Below are positions 1 to 11,124 of a DNA stretch of 64,000 nt, piece by piece. The notes under the pieces are model-generated. The model had not been told where the DNA came from. It was given only the letters and a program-made list of their open reading frames with translations, and did not search any database. Every line of letters starts with the position of its first letter. The stretch's first letter is position 1. This stretch comes from Octopus bimaculoides (lineage: Eukaryota). The stretch covers positions 34,905,703 to 34,969,702 of the forward strand of contig NC_068987.1 in NCBI RefSeq assembly GCF_001194135.2, given 5' to 3'. The position numbers and the translations under genes are program-made.

Positions 1-1370
1 TGTCCATAAAGATTATCAGTATTGTTAAGAACCGCATGCCTCCTCAAAATAGACAACCATTCCGCCGCTCAGTACTGGTTGAATAGATGTTTACATCTCA
101 AATCCACCAAAGAAGACACGAAGACACGTGGATTGGAAATTGTACCACCACATTTTTATTTCTTGCCTTGAAACATTTGTACGCGATGGAATGGGGGGGA
201 TTGCTTTCATGGTAACTGCAGTCCATGTTACTTTATACCACCTACACTATGTTAGGCGATTAAACGGAAGGAGGAATGTGAGACATTTATTCATCTGAAG
301 GTACAGGTATTCAGACAATCCAGCCGGGTGTTAGCTTTTACAACAGAAGTTCATTATACTATTTGTTACACACAATTCCCCTGAGTACCTCTAATTCCAT
401 GGGACATCTATTTTTCAAACTATTGCATGCTTGCTCTAATATAGAGTTCATTTTTAATTGTACTGGTATGCTTTTACTTAATAATTTCTTGTCATATAGT
501 TCTGCAGTTATTGAGTATGACGTGTGTATGTCGGTGCAGATAATATTTTTTTTTAGGGGAGGGGCATTCTATTTTAAAATTTGTGGTTAATTATTTCTCT
601 TCTTTGGGCGGGTTCTCTGACTGTTGGTAAAACTGTGTGAGAAACATTTTGCGAATACTGATTTCTGTGACAGTGGAAGTTGCACTGATGGTGACGAAAG
701 TGTTCATATTAATCATACTGTTGTGGTAGGTGCTGTTGGATCGTTACTCAGAAACATCTTCTGCGTTTCTTTCGTCTTTTGTTTTCCCCTCTACTATGCA
801 TCAGTGAAGGTTTGCTATTTCAAATTCCCACCGCTCTCAAGCATAGCTGTATGGTATGAGTCGGATTGGAACATGTCTTGCTCATTTACAATATTTATTG
901 ATACAATATTTATTGTTGCTATTGTGTAATCGTCTTTAATGATTTTGCTGATGCTTCCAATTTTGGTGCTGCTCTTGCCTTTGTTGTTGTAACTAAGTGG
1001 CAATCAACCTGTTGTTATAGTTGCAGTATCACTGTTTTCGTTAATGCTTTTATTTTGTTTTGGGCGTTGTAATCTAAGGTGCTCTGGCCTTCTACTCTTT
1101 AGTACCACCACTATTTGCCTTCCTGGCATCTCTATTAGGTTGACGAGTTTGACCAGTTTCTGCGGATTCACCGGAATCAGTTTTCGGTGCATTTGAAGTC
1201 TAATTCTTCGTTCAGAATCATTAATTACTTCTTGTGGCATGACAGAAGTTCCCCAAACCACTCTTTGTTTCACATACCAGAAGTCTAGATTTTCTTGTGT
1301 GTTTAAGATATTTACTCGGATTACGTTCCGTTGAAAGGAGATTGCTAAGCATAATAACAACAGCAACAAC
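1..1370 (-). mobile_element. Highly decayed LINE relic (ORF1-like region, then possible APE endonuclease start)
   Basis: Minus-strand ORF 1004-1372 contains LVNLIEMPGRQIVVVLKSRRP, resembling the I-x-V-V-x-GRxP motif before the zinc knuckle of L1/Tx1-type ORF1. The same motif type occurs at ~51.7 kb. Further 3' there are frameshifted GG..TAV and GGF (GDFN-like) remnants with many stops. Confidence 0.35.
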
Positions 1371-2620
1371 ATCTACAACAATAACTACAACCACGGCTAC
1401 AACAATAACATTGAATTTATTCCTGTTTGTTTCCTTGTATATTACATATGCAACGAAAATATGCTATGACAATTGACTGTTTTGTAGTTATGCCTAAGCA
1501 AATTGTCTGCAGACGATAAGGTAGAACTGTCGTTGAGCTGATGAAGATGACTCGAAGAAGACCTCTGTTCTGCAGAAAATCATTTCCTCAGGGAAATATC
1601 AGTTTATCAGAAATCTTGATTATTAAGATTATCTCCCCTTGACTTTGGGAAAATATAGTAATTTTCATCAATAGATTTTTCTGCTGCCATTGGAAGTTGA
1701 GCTAACGTCAACAAATCAAGAATTACTCTTCAATTTGTTGATGCATACAGAAAGACACACGCATACATACATACATACATACATACATACATACANNNNN
1801 NNNNNNNNNNNNNNNNNNNNNNNNNNNNNNNNNNNNNNNNNNNNNNNNNNNNNNNNNNNNNNNNNNNNNNNNNNNNNNNNNNNNNNNNNNNNNNNNNNNN
1901 NNNNNNNNNNNNNNNNNNNNNNNNNNNNNNNNNNNNNNNNNNNNNNNNNNNNNNNNNNNNNNNNNNNNNNNNNNNNNNNNNNNNNNNNNNNNNNNNNNNN
2001 NNNNNNNNNNNNNNNNNNNNNNNNNNNNNNNNNNNNNNNNNNNNNNNNNNNNNNNNNNNNNNNNNNNNNNNNNNNNNNNNNNNNNNNNNNNNNNNNNNNN
2101 NNNNNNNNNNNNNNNNNNNNNNNNNNNNNNNNNNNNNNNNNNNNNNNNNNNNNNNNNNNNNNNNNNNNNNNNNNNNNNNNNNNNNNNNNNNNNNNNNNNN
2201 NNNNNNNNNNNNNNNNNNNNNNNNNNNNNNNNNNNNNNNNNNNNNNNNNNNNNNNNNNNNNNNNNNNNNNNNNNNNNNNNNNNNNNNNNNNNNNNNNNNN
2301 NNNNNNNNNNNNNNNNNNNNNNNNNNNNNNNNNNNNNNNNNNNNNNNNNNNNNNNNNNNNNNNNNNNNNNNNNNNNNNNNNNNNNNNNNNNNNNNNNNNN
2401 NNNNNNNNNNNNNNNNNNNNNNNNNNNNNNNNNNNNNNNNNNNNNNNNNNNNNNNNNNNNNNNNNNNNNNNNNNNNNNNNNNNNNNNNNNNNNNNNNNNN
2501 NNNNNNNNNNNNNNNNNNNNNNNNNNNNNNNNNNNNNNNNNNNNNNNNNNNNNNNNNNNNNNNNNNNNNNNNNNNNNNNNNNNNNNNNNNNNNNNNNNNN
2601 NNNATATATATTTAGATATA

Positions 2621-2738
2621 TATACGACAGATTTCTGCCCGAGGCCATAGTAGAAGACACTTGCGTAAGGTGCCACGCAGTGGGACTGAAACCAGGACCA
2701 TGTGGTTGGTGAGCAAGATACTTGCCACAGAGCCATAC
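2621..2738 (-). mobile_element. tRNA-headed SINE family B, 5' part
   Basis: Reverse complement gives a TGGCTCTGTGG A-box-like and GGTTTCAGTCCC B-box-like head. It aligns with copies at 6614, 7094, 16971 and 42373. Confidence 0.75.
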
Positions 2739-3361
2739 ATATATATATATATATATATGTGTGTACATATGAAAATATAGGCTTTTCAGTCAGCAATGAC
2801 CTGTGCCAGTTCTACCATGTACGCCCTAGACTAAAGTGGATCGATTGACGGATGTGTAAAAATATCAAACAGAATTCTTGGGGCACTGTTGTTCGTGTAG
2901 ATTTCCTGCTTACTTTCTGATTGAATCTCTGAGTCTTTTAGAGTATTCTAAGTCAGGCTTATATTGTCACACACGAGAAAGTACTAGCTATGTATCTGTG
3001 TGCACGCAGGCTCGTATGCGTATGTGTGTGTTTGTGTCTGTGTGGTTGTGTGCGTGTTTATATCACAGCCAGGCTTGGTACCGCGCGATCCATGAATCAA
3101 AATTTTGTATTTCAACATTCTCATGTATCACTTTTTATTTGTGCCACCATTATTTCATGACGGTATTATTCTCATCCGGGAAAGATCAATGACCATTAAA
3201 TATTGATTACTGTTTATGTTGTAGCATTTACATGCTACTTGTGTTGCTTTGCTAAAGTTCACTGTCTCTCTGAGGAATGGAAGACGAGCATGTGTGAACA
3301 CACCTACAGAGACAAAAGATCCCTAAAGATTAAATAGTCACTGTGATGATTGGAAACAGCG

Positions 3362-3421
3362 TTATTATTATTATTATTGTTATTATTATTATTGTTGTTA
3401 TTATTATTATTATTATTATTA

Positions 3422-3468
<47 letters not shown>

Positions 3469-3476
3469 GTTATTAT

Positions 3477-3549
<73 letters not shown>

Positions 3550-3577
3550 TGTTCTAGTAGCGGCAACAGTAGTAGTC
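3362..3577. repeat. Compound (ATT)n-(AGT)n microsatellite
   Basis: Direct reading of the sequence. Confidence 0.95.
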
Positions 3578-3739
3578 AATTTGTACATTTTGTCATGAAT
3601 TCTAACAAAGACAACAATAATCATCCCCTAGGTACTCTCTCTGTACTATATTGTAATTTGTTGTGATATGCCGACACATTCTAGACTTGTGAAGTAGTCT
3701 CTCTTGTCAATCTTTCTCTTGAGCATACTCAACGATGCA

Positions 3740-3740
<1 letters not shown>

Positions 3741-3800
<60 letters not shown>
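3741..3800. repeat. (ATCT)n microsatellite
   Basis: Direct reading of the sequence. Confidence 0.95.
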
Positions 3801-3801
<1 letters not shown>

Positions 3802-5282
3802 GCTATATGTATNNNNNNNNNNNNNNNNNNNNNNNNNNNNNNNNNNNNNNNNNNNNNNNNNNNNNNNNNNNNNNNNNNNNNNNNNNNNNNNNNNNNNNNN
3901 NNNNNNNNNNNNNNNNNNNNNNNNNNNNNNNNNNNNNNNNNNNNNNNNNNNNNNNNNNNNNNNNNNNNNNNNNNNNNNNNNNNNNNNNNNNNNNNNNNNN
4001 NNNNNNNNNNNNATATATATTACGGTTATAGTGACCATACGTATCTTAATCACTCTATTAAGCGTGTTTGCATAAATTGGCATGTTTCAACACAAGCAAA
4101 TAATGAGTGGTATGATGAAGCAAACAAAAGGTCCAGATTTCAAATTATTGTTTTGTACTCTAGATACGTAAGCAAAAACTCTTGAAAGTGACGATAGGAT
4201 CAATGGGGTGCGAGAGAAAACATGAAGAATGTATATATAAATATGTAAAGAAATGTAATAAAGCTATGTTTGTGTGTGTGTTTGTGTATATACGAGGGTG
4301 CATTTCAGTGAGTGTGAGCGCATGTGACTGTTCATGTGTCTATACGCACACGTATGTTACAAATTACCAACTCATATTGAACCTGAAACTTTTGTCTTAT
4401 CAAGTAAAAATTATGAAAGCAGCTCGGAATGTGCGTAACCTTATCAAAGCTTCATGTGGATGTGTTGACGTCAGCAAGAATCTAGCCAAGACTGGCACCG
4501 ATGAAGCAAACCATATCTTATAATAAGGTAACAAAGAACAAACCAGATAAGTGGTAAATGTAGATGAGTGACAGATTGTTGCAATTAACAATGAAATGGA
4601 TGATGAACAGAAGCACGACAATCTAATCTCATTTCATTCTTGGGACTACTTTTGCTTCTTTTGCGCGATGAAACGATTATATAATGCGTAGCGTTTATAC
4701 TGCGAGGTGGCAGAATCGTTAGTACGACGGGCAAAATGCTTAGAACGATGTCAGAATGGCATGCATATGTGTATGAACGCAAAAATATGCGCAGATATCT
4801 ACAGAGAGACACAGAAAGAAAAAGGACAGCCAGGCACATAGTAGTGTGTGTGCGATGTGACGTTTGCCCGTGCATCTGTCTGCGTGTATTTAGACAGGGC
4901 CATATGTCGAAGCTCTGAATCAATAATTACCCGCTTTATATGTATGAAACACCAAATAAAAGGTGCTCAATTAACCGTATATTAATATCCGTGTTAAGAT
5001 AACATACATACATATATACTTCTTTCTTTTGGATACTTGTCTCAGTCATTATATTGTGCCTATGTTGGGTCAGTGACTCCAAACATTCGATCGATTCGAT
5101 CCAACATCGTGTTTTTAATTTTTTTTTTTTTTTCTTTTTTAAAGTGTGATAATTATTCTCTCAGTGTATTTTACCGACCAACTAATAACTGGAATGCTAA
5201 CATGCCAAGACCGGCTCTGAAGCGTGTGTAGAGGACACACACAGACACATACCCCCATACATGGCGTGACATGCATATACAT

Positions 5283-5313
<31 letters not shown>

Positions 5314-5610
5314 TGTGTGTATGTGTGCATGTATATATACGACGTTTTGTCAATGAACAGGTCGCGGTTTCAACGCGACGAAAATATTTTGGCAGAAATT
5401 AAATTTAGATGTTGAAGTGAATCTATGTGTTTTTGTGTGTTCTTAAATGGCTTGCAAACATCTTCCACACTGCAATTCTCTCTCTCTCTCTCTCTATCTT
5501 TCTCATTTAGAGAATTAACATTGCTTGTTTTCACCTTTTCGATATCAGTGAAGAATTTCACTGGAAAAGAAGATATAAGATTGCCAGGTTTTTGTCTCTC
5601 TCACCAAGGT

Positions 5611-5670
5611 CAGCGGCTATCGAACGCCGACGAAGGGAAATAACCCTGAAATCCGGATCCGTTCGTGCTG
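5611..5670 (+). ncRNA. Minimal type I hammerhead ribozyme-like motif (U4C core variant), Penelope/retrozyme type
   Basis: Stem I CGAACG(5621-5626)/CGTTCG(5660-5665); core CCGACGA(5627-5633); stem II AGGG-aaataa-CCCT; GAAA(5648-5651); palindromic stem III ATCCGGAT; AUC triplet ending at 5659; distal CAGC/GCTG extension. Confidence 0.6.
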
Positions 5671-6613
5671 CAGATGTTGGTTAGAGGGATAACTTCCCTT
5701 GGCAAACAGGACACAGTCGTGTGTCGATAAGCCAGCTGGAGGAGATGTCCTCCTGGGGCTAAAAGCAACAGTAACATCCACCCCTAGGGGTCAGCCACAC
5801 TTAAGTGGCAATATACTACACTTTATATATATATATATNNNNNNNNNNNNNNNNNNNNNNNNNNNNNNNNNNNNNNNNNNNNNNNNNNNNNNNNNNNNNN
5901 NNNNNNNNNNNNNNNNNNNNNNNNNNNNNNNNNNNNNNNNNNNNNNNNNNNNNNNNNNNNNNNNNNNNNNNNNNNNNNNNNNNNNNNNNNNNNNNNNNNN
6001 NNNNNNNNNNNNNNNNNNNNNNNNNNNNNNNNNNNNNNNNNNNNNNNNNNNNNNNNNNNNNNNNNNNNNNNNNNNNNNNNNNNNNNNNNNNNNNNNNNNN
6101 NNNNNNNNNNNNNNNNNNNNNNNNNNNNNNNNNNNNNNNNNNNNNNNNNNNNNNNNNNNNNNNNNNNNNNNNNNNNNNNNNNNNNNNNNNNNNNNNNNNN
6201 NNNNNNNNNNNNNNNNNNNNNNNNNNNNNNNNNNNNNNNNNNNNNNNNNNNNNNNNNNNNNNNNNNNNNNNNNNNNNNNNNNNNNNNNNNNNNNNNNNNN
6301 NNNNNNNNNNNNNNNNNNNNNNNNNNNNNNNNNNNNNNNNNNNNNNNNNNNNNNNNNNNNNNNNNNNNNNNNNNNNNNNNNNNNNNNNNNNNNNNNNNNN
6401 NNNNNNNNNNNNNNNNNNNNNNNNNNNNNNNNNNNNNNNNNNNNNNNNNNNNNNNNNNNNNNNNNNNNNNNNNNNNNNNNNNNNNNNNNNNNNNNNNNNN
6501 NNNNNNNNNNNNNNNNNNNNNNNNNNNNNNNNNNNNNNNNNNNNNNNNNNNNNNNNNNNNNNNNNNNNNNNNNNNNNNNNNNNNNNNNNNNNNNNTATAT
6601 ATATACATATTAT

Positions 6614-6760
6614 ACAGTTTCCTTCTACCAAATCCACTCACAATGCTTTAGTCACCCGAGACTGTAGTAGAAGACGCCCAAAATGCCGCGCAGTGGGGCT
6701 GAAACCGGAACCATGTGGTTGGGAAGCAAGCATCTCACCACACAACCACCCATGCGCCTA
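6614..6760 (-). mobile_element. SINE family B, 5' part
   Basis: Head reads taggcgcatgggtggttgtgtgg...ggttccggtttcagcccc on the minus strand, with A/B-box-like motifs. Confidence 0.8.
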
Positions 6761-6859
6761 CTTTTTTAAAGTATATAAATATAAAGATATAATGATTATA
6801 TCCTCAATTCATACACGCACACACACACACGCACATACATATATTTATACAAAGGAAAG

Positions 6860-7085
6860 AACTCGCACAAAACAAAAACAGAAGACGAAGACCGGTGGAG
6901 TAGACGACAAACAGATGTATTAGTTTAACGCTCGGGAAGTTAACAAAGTCTTTAACGTTTCGGGCCTAGGCCCTTCCACAGAAAGGAACAGAGCGAAAAT
7001 AAAGAATGCGTAGTGGTTAGTGATCTATCAGGGAGAATGCTGGGCAGGAGAGCTAGTAAGAAGGGGAGATAATAAAGTAGTGGTG
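6860..7085 (-). mobile_element. Penelope-like pseudo-LTR fragment with degenerate hammerhead
   Basis: Minus strand 6985-6950 reads CTTT-CTGTGGA-A-GGG-cctagg-CCC-GAAA-CGTT-AAAG. This matches the ctgatgaaggg...cccgaaacgt layout of Penelope-like hammerheads except for A6>U. Outer boundaries are approximate. Confidence 0.45.
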
Positions 7086-7093
7086 TTGCTACT

Positions 7094-7218
7094 TTCAGTT
7101 CTATCCCCTAAATTCACTCACAAGACTTTTATTGGTTCGGAGCTATAATAGAGGAAGATTGCCCAAGGTACCACGCAGTGGGGCTGATCCTGAACCAAGT
7201 GGTTAAGAAGCAAACTTC
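7094..7218 (-). mobile_element. SINE family B fragment (diverged)
   Basis: The segment cccaaggtaccacgcagtggggctgatcctgaaccaagtggtt aligns with other family B heads. Confidence 0.7.
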
Positions 7219-7535
7219 AAATGTATATGTATATAGAACGACGCAATAAAGGATGGAATATCAGTGAATTGTATAAAGAACGAATGCGATAAAAACTGTA
7301 AAACAGTCAAAAGAAACGCCGTAGAATTAACAACTGTATATTTATATATATATTTTTTTCATTTGAATATACAGAGTTTCATGGAGCATTAAAAGGAAAC
7401 AGCACAAACGAGAATTTATCTTTCAATAAAAATGAAGACAACAGTTTGGAGTGAGCATGTAACTTGTAGTGTTTCCATTTTCCTGATGTAGTTCATAATT
7501 CCATTGGTATTTTCCATGCATTTATTAATTTCTTC

Positions 7536-7556
7536 ATTATTATTATTATTATTATA

Positions 7557-7626
<70 letters not shown>
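7536..7626. repeat. (ATT)n microsatellite
   Basis: Direct reading of the sequence. Confidence 0.95.
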
Positions 7627-7629
<3 letters not shown>

Positions 7630-8690
7630 TTTAACAAAAAGGATTGACTTAACTCTTCACGAAGGTAAATAGTCAAGACGAAGAGTGCGATTTTAGATGT
7701 TTTATTTTTTGAACAATATTTCGACAGAACGTCTGTCTTTCTCAAGTTCAAACCAAAAGGTGATTGAAAATTCAAAATNNNNNNNNNNNNNNNNNNNNNN
7801 NNNNNNNNNNNNNNNNNNNNNNNNNNNNNNNNNNNNNNNNNNNNNNNNNNNNNNNNNNNNNNNNNNNNNNNNNNNNNNNNNNNNNNNNNNNNNNNNNNNN
7901 NNNNNNNNNNNNNNNNNNNNNNNNNNNNNNNNNNNNNNNNNNNNNNNNNNNNNNNNNNNNNNNNNNNNNNNNNNNNNNNNNNNNNNNNNNNNNNNNNNNN
8001 NNNNNNNNNNNNNNNNNNNNNNNNNNNNNNNNNNNNNNNNNNNNNNNNNNNNNNNNNNNNNNNNNNNNNNNNNNNNNNNNNNNNNNNNNNNNNNNNNNNN
8101 NNNNNNNNNNNNNNNNNNNNNNNNNNNNNNNNNNNNNNNNNNNNNNNNNNNNNNNNNNNNNNNNNNNNNNNNNNNNNNNNNNNNNNNNNNNNNNNNNNNN
8201 NNNNNNNNNNNNNNNNNNNNNNNNNNNNNNNNNNNNNNNNNNNNNNNNNNNNNNNNNNNNNNNNNNNNNNNNNNNNNNNNNNNNNNNNNNNNNNNNNNNN
8301 NNNNNNNNNNNNNNNNNNNNNNNNNNNNNNNNNNNNNNNNNNNNNNNNNNNNNNNNNNNNNNNNNNNNNNNNNNNNNNNNNNNNNNNNNNNNNNNNNNNN
8401 NNNNNNNNNNNNNNNNNNNNNNNNNNNNNNNNNNNNNNNNNNNNNNNNNNNNNNNNNNNNNNNNNNNNNNNNNNNNNNNNNNNNATTATTATTATTAGAT
8501 ATTTTGACGTGTTTATTTTAACGGATATGCCTTGGGACTTTGAGTATTAAATTGTGAACTTCTACATGATTTAAAGCCTCCTGTAACTGACCGAGTTAAT
8601 ACAATAAGAAATGAGCAGCCATAAGTTTGAAATGTATTGCAATGGAGAAATCTATCATTCGGAATCAATGAACCTCGCTTAATGTTTAGC

Positions 8691-8724
<34 letters not shown>

Positions 8725-9071
8725 AATGAATATTTCGTCGTTAAAATCTCATTTGCGCTTATTATTCAATATTTGTTGTAAGTATGTATCAGATCTATAA
8801 TGCATTTTAATATTTCTCTTTATACCTTGCTGAGCCTTCTAACTATTTTTTTTAATGTTTGATTCGAGCATTTCACTAGTAAACATTGAATAAGTACATT
8901 GATAATGCAAACAAGCATTTAAAATACACAATTTTATAAATACATGCGACTCGCTTTAAAATATTTAATTTGTAATATATGCATATATTTTCAGAAAATG
9001 TTTATTTAGTAAAGTATAATGCATATGATTAAACGACCTATACAGTGTCCACAAAACTACATTATCTACAA

Positions 9072-9398
9072 GAGTGGTTCTCAACGGGTGTCTGCATGGC
9101 TACACTGGGAGGCCATATAAGATTTTAGGGTGTCCACGCAACGAAATAGCAAATTGGGGATCCAAGATAGTATTTCAAGAGTCCCTGAAAATATTTTGCT
9201 TTACTTGTATGCATTGGAATGTTTTGCAAGAAATAGCTACGATTCAACCTACACAAGCTAACGTGTGAAAAACGAAATACTAAGTTTGGAAGAAGCTTCT
9301 ATAAAACTAGTGTTTAAACATCGATTAGCTATGAAGACCACCAGAATAAAATAGTAATCGAAGGGGTCTCCCAAAAAAAAAATCGAAGAGAACACCTC
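9072..9398. mobile_element. hAT-like MITE
   Basis: Left end GAGTGGTTCTCAAC resembles hAT CAGTGGTTCTCAA termini. The right end GAAGAGAACACCTC is a 10/14 inverted match. Imperfect 8-bp flanks ATCTACAA / ATCGACAG. Confidence 0.5.
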
Positions 9399-9878
9399 AT
9401 CGACAGCATTGATTCATTTAGAAGGAGGTACTTTGTGATTTCCCTGCTAGGCCTAAAAAATTCGACCAATCAGTTAGTATTTCATAGAATATATAGTTCC
9501 AGTGAGTAGAAACACTAAGACAGTCGCATTTATTCGGTATATAGCAACATAATCAATAATGAGCTTTCTCTAGTCAAAAGCAATTTACAATTTCTTAATT
9601 CTACGTGCATTTCGCATTGGCCGAAGATATATATAGTACATAGATTTTCGTAGTCAGTTACGCCGACCTTAAGTAAAGTCGAAGCATTGGAATAGCAAAA
9701 ATTGCGTGAAATAAATTGTTGTTTTCAAGCAATTTCTTAATAATGTTACGAAGGGCACAAGGGTCAATGCAATGAAGTGATAAATTTGAATTCCAGCAAA
9801 CTTTGATGCACACGCACACATACACACAAATTTAAATTTGGGCATTCGTCGTTTGTGAATACCATGTTGAAAAACTTC

Positions 9879-10227
9879 GAGTCAGGAAGAAGGAGTACGG
9901 TTGGACATTTATTTATTATTAATTATAATTCTCTTGAAGCAACATAGTTACTCACGAATATAGGTACGTCATTATTATGCAATTCTTTGTTTGCATAAAC
10001 ACATGTAGTTGTGTTTCCCCGGGCGATATACGAGTGCTGTTTCCGTTAGTTTAAAATCTACTTCAAGGCCATCGTCTCTGTCGTGGTTTTCATTTATTAG
10101 CGATTTGCATGGACATGGTACAAACACAGTTGCATAATCAAGTACCTGTATTCTTGGAGAACTACGTTGTTTCGAAAGAATTATAGTGAATAATAAATAA
10201 ATGTCCAACCGTACTCCTTTCTGACTC
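9879..10227. repeat. Foldback element with ~75-bp inverted arms (9879-9954 / 10157-10227)
   Basis: gagtcagg..aaggagtacggttggacatttatttattatt is the reverse complement of aataataaataaatgtccaaccgtactcctttctgactc. Confidence 0.8.
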
Positions 10228-10740
10228 TAATTACTTCAATTATATAAATGTCGTGCGCGCACGCACATATATATTAAGTTTTCTAAATATACATATATTA
10301 TTATTTGTGCACATGTGTGTGAGTATGTGCGTATGTGTGTGTGCTTGGCTGTCTGTGTAGAAGTGCATAATAAAAAACTTTATTTTTTCTCGTGTTACGT
10401 CCACAAGTGATTCAGAAAGTGATCAGCTGATACGATAATCTAGAAGTGAAAACTGAGACAAGTTTATATATCAATAATTTGTATTGTACTCCTCTTTAAA
10501 CTCTTCTGCACCATTGTTTATTTACTCGCATTTCACGCTGGTATTCGACAAATTTCGCTCATATTTATGAGTTTTAGCATTTCCAGTTTAGTCCTTTGTG
10601 TTCAACTTGGTATAATGTTTACTATGTTCATCAATATTTCGTGCACATGATTTACATTTTGTTACAATAACCTAAGGTCATATCACGAAAATACTATAAA
10701 CAATTTGCAATCAAGAATAATGAACACATTTTATTCCCTA

Positions 10741-11124
10741 CTAGCAGTATAACCCGGCGCTGCTCAGGATTAAGCTAGGATTATTAAATGATTAAGTCCT
10801 TTATTTCAAACCAAAATAAGTAACATCGACATCAGATTTGCGCGAAATCCGTTGAAATTGGTTTGGCTGAAAATGGTTTGCTGGCAATTTGATTGGGAAA
10901 TCCCATAAGGAATCAGTTTATTGGTTATTTTCACTTATTGACTCTTTTTTAAAATGTTGCATTAGAGATCTGCATAGGAGAAGGTTGATCTGAAAGTTTG
11001 CATTGGGGATCTGGATTGGAGTAACTTAAGAAAGCTTACCAACAACCTTAACCAAAAAATAAGGAGCCTGTCCCTTCTATGTTAACTCTAATCCTAACCC
11101 TAAACCCTAACCCTAACTCTGACC
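10741..11124 (-). mobile_element. Helitron-like 3' terminus, with telomere-like (CCCTAA)n next to a gap
   Basis: A|CTAG at 10740-10744, with degenerate hairpin cccggcgctgctcagg about 10 nt inside; same architecture as at 33045. TAACCC-type repeats at 11083-11124. Confidence 0.5.
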
